From positions 32,001 to 96,000 of the IMG/VR virus record IMGVR_UViG_3300033485_000002: 64,000 nt of DNA; one strand, 5' to 3'. The position numbers were made by a program, and so were the translations under genes. This document shows, piece by piece, positions 1 through 8,417 of this stretch (the first letter of the stretch is position 1; the number at the start of each line of letters is the position of its first letter). Under the pieces are notes generated by a model, which saw nothing but the letters and a program-made list of their open reading frames with translations, was not told the DNA's origin and did no database searches. The stretch is from a virus.

Positions 1-1848
1 GTCGCCGGGTGGGATGACGAGCACCTGACTCACCCTCGTGATCTGATTTATGACGCAAATGCCTCTCTCTTGTACGTGGCCGATAACGATACGGAGGGAG
101 ATGATGGGCGTGTTGTTGTCCTAAGCTCGTTGGATCTTACTTATCAGGGGCAAAGAGATACGGATAAGGGGTTAGTTGGTCTAGCCTTCTATCAAGATGC
201 GGGTACTGCCGGGAAACTGTATGCAGGTGGGCAAAATACGGTTTACAGGTTCGCTTTACCTGTTCCAGGTTCTCGGTTAGATCCGGATAATTGGACGCAA
301 GATTGGGCAGTAACAGCATTTTCAGGGACTGATATCGCTTTTGTTCATGACTTGTCGTTAAACCAAGCGAGTGGTAACTATCTTTACGTCGGTGATTTGT
401 TGGCTTCGAAGGTATACAAGGTAGATATTTCAGGCGGTACACCTACGTTAGCTGATACTTGTGACTTGATCTCTGAGGGTAAAGCTCCGCAGTGGCCTCC
501 GGCTGTAGGTGTAGGTTGCCCCTTTGGAATGGAGCTGAATGCGGATGCATCCAAGCTGTACCTTTGTGGTGGCTCCCTTAATGGGGAAACTACTGGTGGT
601 GTTATCCGGGTGGTTAACACTTCCACTATGGAGATCACTGACGATGATCTCTTTGACAATCAGCACTGGCCAACAGAATCGTTCCCATTCAACATCCGGT
701 TCAACAAGGACGGGGATGCATATGTGCTCCTGTCCAACCGGGTGCTGCTCTATAATCAACCGTTTGTTCCGTCGAGCGGTAGCATCGCTGGGGATTTCCT
801 CTATGACGTAGCCGATGTCCCACTCAACATCGACCTTGACCTCGCGGTTGAGTGGGAAAACGTTCGTGCCGTCCACATTAAGGACGATGTCCTATATGTG
901 GCAGACATGACGACCAATACCCTCACTTCGATTGATGCGGTGAGTCTCACAGTCTTAGGGCAGATCGGGTCACCGGCAGTGGTTGGTCGTGGAAAAGCTT
1001 CAACGGCTGGCCCTGGTGGGGTGATAGTTCATAACACGGAGATCTATTTCTCTGATACGCTCAACAACCGGGTTGTGAAGGGTTATCGATTCTTCCCGAA
1101 TGTCGAGCGAGGTACTGGTCGGCTTACGTATCTGATCGCACCTCCGGCAACGCATACTGTCACTTATCAGGTGCGATATGCTCCGTACCAGGGCTACTGG
1201 AAGTTTTTGAATGAGCCGAGTCTGCATGGGCGACACTACATCACTGACAACAACACCATGTACTTAACTACGTTAGGCCGGGGTACTCCGAGTATCGTAA
1301 CTCAGGATGGGGGCATGGGTTTCTACGCTAATATGATTGCCCATCTTCCGACGCCTACGGATACGCCGACCAAGGCTCCTCGGGTGACCGATGAGTACCT
1401 GTTTGCCCCAGAACCGCTACCGATCACGGGAGAGACTGGCGGGACGCCTTTTGCCCGGTTGCCGGTCATCAATCGGTATCCGGCGACTGCCCAAGAGGTC
1501 AACCCCATGTATGGTGGTGGGTCTCGGTATGACTTCACTCGAATGTTGTTCATGCAGGGGTTAGGACCGAATTGGCCGTCTGAAACTCCAGTGGACTATG
1601 TGCAGCGTGGATTTGAATGCACCGGTACTTTCCCTGGTTATGACACGCTGGAAACCTTCCCGCTGCAAACGATTTCGGTGCCGCGTCTTCTGTTTGCCAC
1701 AGCTATCGTGGAAATCGAGGGACAGGGATTCTTGGTCATTTTTACCTGCTATCGTGCCGAGCAGCGTAACCGGTTGAATGACGGCACCCCGATTGTGGCA
1801 GATGTGTTCAAGCTGTTCGGCAACCCCGGTGTCAAGGCTAGGTATTAA
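1..1848 (+). CDS. Beta-propeller (NHL/YncE-like) virion/tail protein, 5'-truncated
   Basis: Frame is open from base 1 (VAGWDDEHLTHPRDL...). Repeated propeller-blade motifs LYVAD, LYVGD and IYFSDTLNNRV. Lies upstream of the lysis cassette. Confidence 0.6.
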   Translation, partial: VAGWDDEHLTHPRDLIYDANASLLYVADNDTEGDDGRVVVLSSLDLTYQGQRDTDKGLVGLAFYQDAGTAGKLYAGGQNTVYRFALPVPGSRLDPDNWTQDWAVTAFSGTDIAFVHDLSLNQASGNYLYVGDLLASKVYKVDISGGTPTLADTCDLISEGKAPQWPPAVGVGCPFGMELNADASKLYLCGGSLNGETTGGVIRVVNTSTMEITDDDLFDNQHWPTESFPFNIRFNKDGDAYVLLSNRVLLYNQPFVPSSGSIAGDFLYDVADVPLNIDLDLAVEWENVRAVHIKDDVLYVADMTTNTLTSIDAVSLTVLGQIGSPAVVGRGKASTAGPGGVIVHNTEIYFSDTLNNRVVKGYRFFPNVERGTGRLTYLIAPPATHTVTYQVRYAPYQGYWKFLNEPSLHGRHYITDNNTMYLTTLGRGTPSIVTQDGGMGFYANMIAHLPTPTDTPTKAPRVTDEYLFAPEPLPITGETGGTPFARLPVINRYPATAQEVNPMYGGGSRYDFTRMLFMQGLGPNWPSETPVDYVQRGFECTGTFPGYDTLETFPLQTISVPRLLFATAIVEIEGQGFLVIFTCYRAEQRNRLNDGTPIVADVFKLFGNPGVKARY

Positions 1849-1858
1849 GGAGTAGCTA

Positions 1859-2731
1859 ATGCCCTATGCAGTATTTTCCAAGCGCACTAAGATCGTGTCG
1901 CGGATCATCCACGATCTGACGAGCCTGTTGCCTAGTGAATCGGCCATCGAAGTGGACGATGATATCGCTTATCCGCGTAGGCAGAAGGCTATTCCTATCG
2001 GACAGCAGGTGAACACAAAACGGTTCAAGCTGTTTGAAGCTGCTGACCTTTCGCCTACGATCAAGCCGTATGCGCGTGTGTATGACCCGGTAACAGATAT
2101 CGCTGGAAAGGTGAAGCACACACCGTTGCTTATCCGGGCAGCTAGGCTGTCTGGGGGTGATGTTCAAGATCCTGATGAGTTTATCGATCTTCCGATCTAT
2201 GCCAACCCATTTGCCTGGAAGGCGCAAGAGGTTGCCCAGATCAAGTACGAGTCGATGCTGGCCGAGAATTACCCTTATCAAGTAGTGATTGGTGAAGAGT
2301 TCATTGACACGAAACACATCGATGCTTCTTCTTCCAATTACATCCTGAGTGAGGGGCATTGCATGCTCTCCCCCGGTGGGGTGCTCGTCACCAAGGAGTT
2401 TAGTTTCCGGTTGCCGAAGCGAATTACCTTCTCCACTGCTAACTATGAGAAGGCGTTTAGGTACGCTTTTGATACGTACTTCTTCTCCACCAACCCGGAA
2501 TTCCCCGAAGGTGTCCAGATGGCTTGGCGTGGGGATAAGTATGTAGACGGGTCTGACACTGACTATCAAGACCTAGTTGTTGACGAGGAGATGCCTACGC
2601 TAGTGGGTTTAGAGACAGCTTCCACGTTACTTACTACTTTCCAACTCAAGTTCACGAATCTCACTCCGGAAATGTTCGAGATCGAAAATTACGTCCTCTT
2701 CCTCCGTCTGCGGAATGTGCCTGGGTCGTAA
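1859..2731 (+). CDS. Hypothetical protein, probably virion-associated
   Basis: 290 aa ORF with AAGGAG RBS, co-oriented with the tail gene. Confidence 0.6.
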   Translation: MPYAVFSKRTKIVSRIIHDLTSLLPSESAIEVDDDIAYPRRQKAIPIGQQVNTKRFKLFEAADLSPTIKPYARVYDPVTDIAGKVKHTPLLIRAARLSGGDVQDPDEFIDLPIYANPFAWKAQEVAQIKYESMLAENYPYQVVIGEEFIDTKHIDASSSNYILSEGHCMLSPGGVLVTKEFSFRLPKRITFSTANYEKAFRYAFDTYFFSTNPEFPEGVQMAWRGDKYVDGSDTDYQDLVVDEEMPTLVGLETASTLLTTFQLKFTNLTPEMFEIENYVLFLRLRNVPGS

Positions 2732-2741
2732 GGAGATACCA

Positions 2742-3134
2742 ATGGCTTTTATCGCGACTGTCGTTAACATGCCGCAGCTTAGGCGGTCAAACTGGCGTGG
2801 CCCTGGTAACCCTAGACCGCCGTCACCGCCAATTATCGAGCCTCCGGGTCGGCCTCCGATCAAGCCCCGGTGCAGTGGGGGCTATCAGTACATGAATGTT
2901 CGATGCATCCCGGTTGGCCCTCGGGGCGTTGGGGACCACCGTCTCATGTACAGATTCGGTTGTCGGCGTACGACTGCTCGTAGTGTTCGAGCATCTCGTT
3001 ACACTCGAAACGGTGTGGTGTGGCGTGGAGTGCCGATGCAATATCTTCCGTTGTACCGGAATGACCGTCGCGTGATCGGTGGACGACGTATTCCACGTCG
3101 TGCGGTGACCCGTCATACGGTTCAAGAGGGCTAA
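2742..3134 (+). CDS. Arg/Pro-rich small basic protein
   Basis: AAGGAG RBS before ATG 2742; ends immediately before the next ATG. Confidence 0.55.
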   Translation: MAFIATVVNMPQLRRSNWRGPGNPRPPSPPIIEPPGRPPIKPRCSGGYQYMNVRCIPVGPRGVGDHRLMYRFGCRRTTARSVRASRYTRNGVVWRGVPMQYLPLYRNDRRVIGGRRIPRRAVTRHTVQEG

Positions 3135-3284
3135 ATGAACGCTCGTGAACTCGTGCTCGAAGAGGTATTGGCCCGTATCGTGGACGAGCATGGAGTGGAG
3201 ACCATGGCTCTGAATTGGGCCATTTTGAATGAGCTTATGAAGGAAGAGGCTCCACCGGAAAAGTCGGAAGAGCCTGCTGAATAA
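3135..3284 (+). CDS. Small acidic protein (49 aa, MNARELVLEEVL...)
   Basis: ATG directly follows the upstream TAA, with GAGGG upstream. Below the ORF-track size cutoff. Confidence 0.5.
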   Translation: MNARELVLEEVLARIVDEHGVETMALNWAILNELMKEEAPPEKSEEPAE

Positions 3285-3320
3285 GATCTTTTAGTTGTAA
3301 TTACAACAATAGGAGGGGTA

Positions 3321-3854
3321 ATGCCTCGTTGGACACATATCGTAATGCACCACTCGTTTACCGGAGATACTACGCTACCTGATGCAGTCGCGATTCGACG
3401 TTTCCACACTAGCTATAGACATGGTGGGGACATCATCACCGAAGCTCAGTATCAGCAGCTTAAGAGTGAAGGTGCTTCAGGGTTAGAACTTCCGTGGCAA
3501 GACATCGGTTACCATTGGATCTTTGAACGTTTGTCGGATGGGCGGCCCTGGTTGCTCAAAGGTCGTTCTATGATGAAGACCGGAGCGCACTGTAAGGAAG
3601 CCGGAATGAACCGACGAGGTATCGGAGTCTGTATCGTTGGCAATTTTGACCCGGCACCTCCTCCCGAGGATATGCTGGAGATGGTAGCCGATGATGTCGC
3701 ATGGCTCTGCCGCATGTATCGGATTCCGGTAGAAAACGTGGTTGCTCACAGGGATTTCGCTACGTATAAAACTTGTCCTGGGGCGAAGTTCGATATGAAC
3801 TATTTTCGAGAACGGGTAGCTGAGTATCTGGCAATCTGGATTCCTCACACCTAA
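3321..3854 (+). CDS. Endolysin, N-acetylmuramoyl-L-alanine amidase (Amidase_2/T7 lysozyme type)
   Basis: Zinc-amidase motifs IVMHHS, DIGYHW, GAHC, IGVCIVGNFD and AHRDF...KTCPG. Confidence 0.92.
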   Translation: MPRWTHIVMHHSFTGDTTLPDAVAIRRFHTSYRHGGDIITEAQYQQLKSEGASGLELPWQDIGYHWIFERLSDGRPWLLKGRSMMKTGAHCKEAGMNRRGIGVCIVGNFDPAPPPEDMLEMVADDVAWLCRMYRIPVENVVAHRDFATYKTCPGAKFDMNYFRERVAEYLAIWIPHT

Positions 3855-3880
3855 TCCGAGGAATAGAAAGACATACGATC

Positions 3881-4165
3881 ATGGGGAGATATCTCGTGAA
3901 CGCCGTAAAACTCATCAGTGAAAGCACCGGAGTTCTTGCCACGCTGTTTGCCATGACGGGCATGACGGCATCATCGATTTTCCTGTGGTTCCGCCCTGAG
4001 CGGTTTACTGCCGATAACTGGCTCTCTGCGTTGTTAACGTGTGCTGGGCTGGTTGGAGGAGTGGTAGCTAAACGAACGATCGAAAATACCAAACTCGGTA
4101 AAACCGGAGTCGGTGATATCGACGGCGCGGGGAACAATCGAAAAGACGATAACAATGGGGGGTAA
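3881..4165 (+). CDS. Putative holin
   Basis: 94 aa, two hydrophobic segments and a charged C-terminus; located between endolysin and spanins. Confidence 0.65.
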   Translation: MGRYLVNAVKLISESTGVLATLFAMTGMTASSIFLWFRPERFTADNWLSALLTCAGLVGGVVAKRTIENTKLGKTGVGDIDGAGNNRKDDNNGG

Positions 4166-4168
4166 ACA

Positions 4169-4606
4169 ATGTTCGGGTTAGCTTGGCTAACAGGTCCAAT
4201 GCTCTATGCTGGTGTTGGTGGGTTGGTAGTTATCATTGCTCTTTCCGGCGCACTTTGGGTCCAGACAGATAGAGTTGCTTCTAGGGACGACACCATCAAA
4301 GCTATGGAAATCGTTGCTGCCTCCTGGGAGCAGAAGGTTGGCGAAAAAGAAGCTAAGATTGAAAGCCTACAGTTCACGATCGACGAGCAGAACAAGCTCA
4401 TTGAAGACAATGCCGCTCAGGGTGAGCTTGCTAAAGCCAAGCAACGCGAGGTTGACGCCCTTCAGCAAGAGCTAGCCCAGGCTAAGGGCGATCTTAAGCT
4501 GATCTCCGATATGTACAGCCGTATGCGAGATCAGGCGGTCGGGTTGAACACCTGTCAGACTTACGAGATGGTTCTACGCTCCATTGCGAAGAGGGTAGCG
4601 CCATGA
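4169..4606 (+). CDS. Putative inner-membrane spanin (Rz-like)
   Basis: N-terminal TM helix followed by a long coiled coil. Confidence 0.75.
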   Translation: MFGLAWLTGPMLYAGVGGLVVIIALSGALWVQTDRVASRDDTIKAMEIVAASWEQKVGEKEAKIESLQFTIDEQNKLIEDNAAQGELAKAKQREVDALQQELAQAKGDLKLISDMYSRMRDQAVGLNTCQTYEMVLRSIAKRVAP

Positions 4607-4992
4607 ACCGCAGTCGAAATATCTTAGGCGCTATCTGTGCTGGTGTCATGATCGTTGTGTCAGTTGTGCTACTCTTGTCCTTGTGTGGGTGTAACCATAA
4701 GCCCAAGTTGCCGTGCCCTGAGTCAGAGCTACAGATTGTCAAAGTGGATAAGCCCATCCCCTGTATCGTTGAAATTGCTCCATTGGAGCCAGCCCCCAAG
4801 CCGACGCCCCTCCCGTTCCCCGAGGATGTTCTAGATGAAGAGGTCAAGAAGGCGTGGGCGTTGAAGGTGGGTGAAGCTGTTGAGAGCCAACATGCGCTTC
4901 AGCTTGCTCGTGACGCAGCGTGGCTGGTGAAGATCACGGAGCATAACAAAGCGCTTCCAAAGTGCTCGGAAATCCCCACTCCGGTTCCATAG
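4603..4992 (+). CDS. Putative outer-membrane spanin lipoprotein (Rz1-like)
   Basis: Signal peptide with lipobox-like LSLCGC, Pro-rich mature part, ATGA overlap with the i-spanin. Confidence 0.75.
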   Translation: MNRSRNILGAICAGVMIVVSVVLLLSLCGCNHKPKLPCPESELQIVKVDKPIPCIVEIAPLEPAPKPTPLPFPEDVLDEEVKKAWALKVGEAVESQHALQLARDAAWLVKITEHNKALPKCSEIPTPVP

Positions 4993-5015
4993 CCCCCTTA
5001 CACCCTTGTAAATTC

Positions 5016-5046
5016 AGCCCCGATCTTTGAGATCGGGGTTTTTTGC
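5016..5046 (+). terminator. Rho-independent terminator after the lysis cassette
   Basis: CCCCGATC-TTTGA-GATCGGGG stem-loop followed by T6. Confidence 0.85.
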
Positions 5047-5162
5047 TTTATTAGGTAATCGCGCAAAGGCATGCGCGAGGGGTGTTGAGGCGCGAAGAGA
5101 AAGAGTCACATAGGAGGTAAATCTATGTTGATCTATAGGGTAGCTGTCCAAGGAAAGAGTGC

Positions 5163-6395
5163 ATGAGCACACCGAAAGCAACACAAGAAATACAACATTT
5201 TGTTCACGATGATGGCACAATTGAAGTCACCGTCATCCCAATTGTAAAAGGAAATGTCAAAGCCTTTTTTACCGACAACGAAGATGTACGCCATTACGGG
5301 TACACGACAGAACAAGAACTCCGCGCTATTGCTAACATCCCCGATAATTACCACACCAAAGCCTTCAATCCGAACAACTGGGCAGCTCAAGATAGCGACG
5401 GCCCCTTCATTTGTCATCAGGTAAAGGGCATCTTCTCCCCGCCTGTCCCGGAGGAGAACGCGATCGGGGCGTTGCTCAAGCACATGGAGAGCAAATCACG
5501 GATCGTACCGAGGCTATACCCCAAGATAAGGTTTGGCTCGAAGGTCCGTCGTCGCCTGTTGGAGATCAGCGTCATGGATCCCCACCTCGGGCTTCAGTGC
5601 TTCAGGCCGGGGGCAGACGCCGACTACAACTTAGAACAAGCGGAAAAGACCTATCTGTGGGCGGTGAACAACTTACTTGCCCTTGGTGAGCATTATGGCC
5701 CCTTCGAAGAGATCCTGTTCCCGTTCGGTAACGACTACCTGCACGCGGAAATGATGCCGATGGGCAAGGGTGCGGGGCACACCACCTCGGCAGGCACCGC
5801 TCAGCCCGAGATGATGGCATGGCACCATGTGTACCTGCGTGGGGAGAAGCTCCTGATCCAGGCCATCGAGATGATGAAAGACAAGGCTCCGGTTATCTTA
5901 CTGGAGGTTCCGGGGAACCATGATCGGTATTCGGCCTTCACCATGGGCCGGGTAATGAACGCATGGTTCCACAACGACGAGAATATCGTCGTAGACGCCT
6001 CTCCCAGCCCCTACAAGTTCAAGCACTATGGGGTGAACCTCATAGGGTTCGAGCACGGGCACAGCGTGACTCCGATCCGGCTAGCGGCCTTAATGGCCAA
6101 TGAGTGCAGAGACATTTGGGCGGGCATCAAGTACGCTGAGTGGCATCTGGGTGACCAGCACCGAAAAGGATCGTCAAAACCGTCTGTGTTCGAGGAGCAG
6201 GGCGTTTCGGTGGAGTTCCTGCCGAGTATCGTGGCTCCGAACGAGTGGCATAGGCTGAAGTCGTTCAACCACCAGAAGCGGGGAGCCATGGCATGGGTCT
6301 GGGACTACGAGACCGGCCCTGTAGCTCGTCTTCAGGTGAACCTCGATAATCTGACCGGTGGACCTATGGGAGGAGGCACCTGTGACCTGGAGTGA
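5163..6395 (+). CDS. Calcineurin-like metallophosphoesterase
   Basis: Motifs DPHLG, GNDYLH, GNHD, EHGH and GDQH. Confidence 0.8.
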   Translation: MSTPKATQEIQHFVHDDGTIEVTVIPIVKGNVKAFFTDNEDVRHYGYTTEQELRAIANIPDNYHTKAFNPNNWAAQDSDGPFICHQVKGIFSPPVPEENAIGALLKHMESKSRIVPRLYPKIRFGSKVRRRLLEISVMDPHLGLQCFRPGADADYNLEQAEKTYLWAVNNLLALGEHYGPFEEILFPFGNDYLHAEMMPMGKGAGHTTSAGTAQPEMMAWHHVYLRGEKLLIQAIEMMKDKAPVILLEVPGNHDRYSAFTMGRVMNAWFHNDENIVVDASPSPYKFKHYGVNLIGFEHGHSVTPIRLAALMANECRDIWAGIKYAEWHLGDQHRKGSSKPSVFEEQGVSVEFLPSIVAPNEWHRLKSFNHQKRGAMAWVWDYETGPVARLQVNLDNLTGGPMGGGTCDLE

Positions 6396-6786
6396 CGTTT
6401 TATGGATTCTGGCCCTGATCCCGGTAGCGTTCATCCAGAACATGGTCTTTACGGCAGTCAGTCGTTCCCGTAACAGCGGTGACCCGCAGTACCACAGATG
6501 GTGGGCATATGGTAGCAATAGTGTTTGGCTGCTGTGCCAAGTGTTCATCTGGAAGGGTTTCTGGGGGGCGTTCAATGATGCCGACTACCTGACCATGGTG
6601 GTTATGGCATTCGTCTACATCGTCAGCACGACTGAAGGTTCAGTCGTTATGATGCGACGGATGCTCAAGACGGAGACCGGGGCACGTAAGGTCGGAGCCA
6701 ATCCGAATGAAGTCAAAGTTCAACAGATAGAAGTGGATATGGCTACCTTGAAAAAACGGATCACTGAACTTGAAGAGTGCTGGTAG
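6382..6786 (+). CDS. Membrane protein (about 3 TM segments)
   Basis: GTG start after GGAGG; hydrophobic segments; short coiled-coil tail. Confidence 0.65.
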   Translation: MTWSDVLWILALIPVAFIQNMVFTAVSRSRNSGDPQYHRWWAYGSNSVWLLCQVFIWKGFWGAFNDADYLTMVVMAFVYIVSTTEGSVVMMRRMLKTETGARKVGANPNEVKVQQIEVDMATLKKRITELEECW

Positions 6787-6864
6787 GAAAACCCGGATGG
6801 GGTGGTTGCCTTCTGAAAAATAGTCGTGTATATTTGTTCCTGTGAGGTTCACAGGAGGTACGTA

Positions 6865-7227
6865 ATGAACACGACGACACTTAGGGATTACATCTACTCC
6901 GAGTCTGCCAAAGTGTTCGATCCCCCAATGACGCGGCAGGACGTGTCATCGTTGATCGACATTTTCCTTGATGGATTGGCGGCGGGTCTCTCGGGAAAGA
7001 TCACGGATGCTGAAGGTGAGGAAGACGGTATCAACAAGGTGCTGCTTCGTAGCTTCGGCACCTTCAAGGTGGTCAAGCGCCGTGGGCGCACGTATAGCGT
7101 CCGGGGCAAGGAAGTCAAGGTCGGTGATCGTTTCACGGTTGTCTTCAAGCCGGGAGCGGACCTCGTCCGGATGCTTGAAACCATGACCCCGGAGAGCGAA
7201 CCGGCACCTCCTATTCAGCAGCCGTAG
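6865..7227 (+). CDS. HU/IHF-like DNA-binding protein
   Basis: VLLRSFGTFKVVKRRGR...VVFKPGADL signature; AGGAGG RBS. Confidence 0.85.
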   Translation: MNTTTLRDYIYSESAKVFDPPMTRQDVSSLIDIFLDGLAAGLSGKITDAEGEEDGINKVLLRSFGTFKVVKRRGRTYSVRGKEVKVGDRFTVVFKPGADLVRMLETMTPESEPAPPIQQP

Positions 7228-7243
7228 TGTATATCGCTCTCCC

Positions 7244-7276
7244 GGCACCCTTTCTCCCAAGGGTGCCAAATTTTTT
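7244..7276 (+). terminator. Putative intrinsic terminator
   Basis: GGCACCCTT/AAGGGTGCC stem followed by AAATTTTTT. Confidence 0.6.
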
Positions 7277-7297
7277 CCTTATCCTTGGAACAGGGGG

Positions 7298-7326
7298 TTG
7301 ACATCCGAGGTAGAGGGTAATATATT
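7298..7326 (+). promoter_or_regulatory. Sigma70-type promoter
   Basis: TTGACA-17 nt-TATATT. Confidence 0.75.
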
Positions 7327-7332
7327 GCCTCT

Positions 7333-7419
7333 TGTCGAGAGCGAGTCTGGTACACCCGGTTCTCGGCACGAGGCTCGGAGGCCACAGGTAGTCCCCTTCC
7401 TGTGGCCTTCACTCTTTTT
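7333..7419 (+). ncRNA. Putative ~85 nt small RNA
   Basis: Lies between a consensus promoter and a 12-bp terminator hairpin with U-tract, contains no ORF, and has a 5' stem-loop. Confidence 0.55.
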
Positions 7420-7425
7420 AGGGGC

Positions 7426-7454
7426 TTGACACAAGGGTAACCAAGGTATATCCT
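7426..7454 (+). promoter_or_regulatory. Sigma70-type promoter, near-leaderless mRNA
   Basis: TTGACA-17 nt-TATCCT; ATG at 7464 with no SD. Confidence 0.7.
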
Positions 7455-7463
7455 GATAGTGTC

Positions 7464-8045
7464 ATGAAGTTCACACGTACCCCCGATGGTTCACTCGTCC
7501 AAGTCCCCTCGGCAGTCCTGCCCAGGCACCACGGGTACACACCGGACATGACGGTAGAGATCAGGTTCGGCAAGAGCAAGTGCCAGTTCCTGACCCCGTA
7601 TCCCTCCCAATTGGACAAGGCACTCACCGCACCCCACCCAGGGTACATCTTCACGCCGCAGTACAAGAGCGGCAACTGGGACGGGCAACACCACTTCATC
7701 ACACGGGCTGGCCAATTTCCTACAGGGTTATTGCCAGTGGTATTTCACATCTTAAAGACAGGGATAAATCCGTTGATAAAGGAAGGGAAAAAGGAACGGA
7801 AAGTCCTGTCTATTCTACCGGCTAATGTGAAGGTCACGGTACCCGAGGAGGAGATTTTCCACTTCTATCCGGGGATGGTCACCTTCTACCAGGACCACGT
7901 CAACGCAGTCGAGTATCTCTCTGAAGATGGAACCTTTGCCTACTCGGTTCCGTCGCTGAAGCAGTGGAAGAAAGTTGAGACGCACAACGCTTTCGCAAGA
8001 TCCGTACTCGATTTAGCTAAAGCTTTGAAAACAAAAGACTTATAA
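7464..8045 (+). CDS. UvsW-like helicase N-terminal domain encoded as a separate gene
   Basis: GYIFTPQYKSGNWDG...FPTGLL resembles the N-terminal arm of T4 UvsW-family helicases (GY.F.P....GNWDG...P.GL). Confidence 0.7.
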   Translation: MKFTRTPDGSLVQVPSAVLPRHHGYTPDMTVEIRFGKSKCQFLTPYPSQLDKALTAPHPGYIFTPQYKSGNWDGQHHFITRAGQFPTGLLPVVFHILKTGINPLIKEGKKERKVLSILPANVKVTVPEEEIFHFYPGMVTFYQDHVNAVEYLSEDGTFAYSVPSLKQWKKVETHNAFARSVLDLAKALKTKDL

Positions 8046-8340
8046 AAATGCAGAGGACGATAACCACAATATCAAACGTTTCCTCGCAAAAAACATGCAG
8101 GGAACCCGGAGATGCGAGGTGTAAACCGAGCATAAACGGGTCTATTTGGATGAGGTACTTTAGTACCGAATCCGAATAGGAAGGTTGAAAGGAAGGGGGG
8201 GTATATATATGTACTATATAAGGGACCGGGGGGGAAACCATAAGGAAACCATCGATAGCGTCTACCAGTCCTTTCCGGAGAGTTGTTGAGATTCCCAGTT
8301 CGGGTAGGTTCGTTCCCAGGTCGGGAATATTTTTTCCAGG
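8046..8340. other. Origin-like non-coding region
   Basis: TA-alternating core flanked by G-runs, GGTACT/AGTACC inverted repeat, GGAAACCAT x2 and TTCCCAG(T/G)TCGGG x2; sits among replication genes. Confidence 0.4.
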
Positions 8341-8344
8341 GGGC

Positions 8345-8373
8345 TTGACGAGTGACGAAGTGGGGTTTACATT
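8345..8373 (+). promoter_or_regulatory. Sigma70-type promoter
   Basis: TTGACG-17 nt-TACATT. Confidence 0.65.
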
Positions 8374-8417
8374 AGCTGATCTGAGCCTCCGGAGACTCGG
8401 CAAAGGAGCCAACGCTA

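Noticed and set aside
3012-3031. Short GGTGT GGTGT GGCGT GGAGT run
   Set aside because: Only three GGY units, inside a coding region; compatible with chance.
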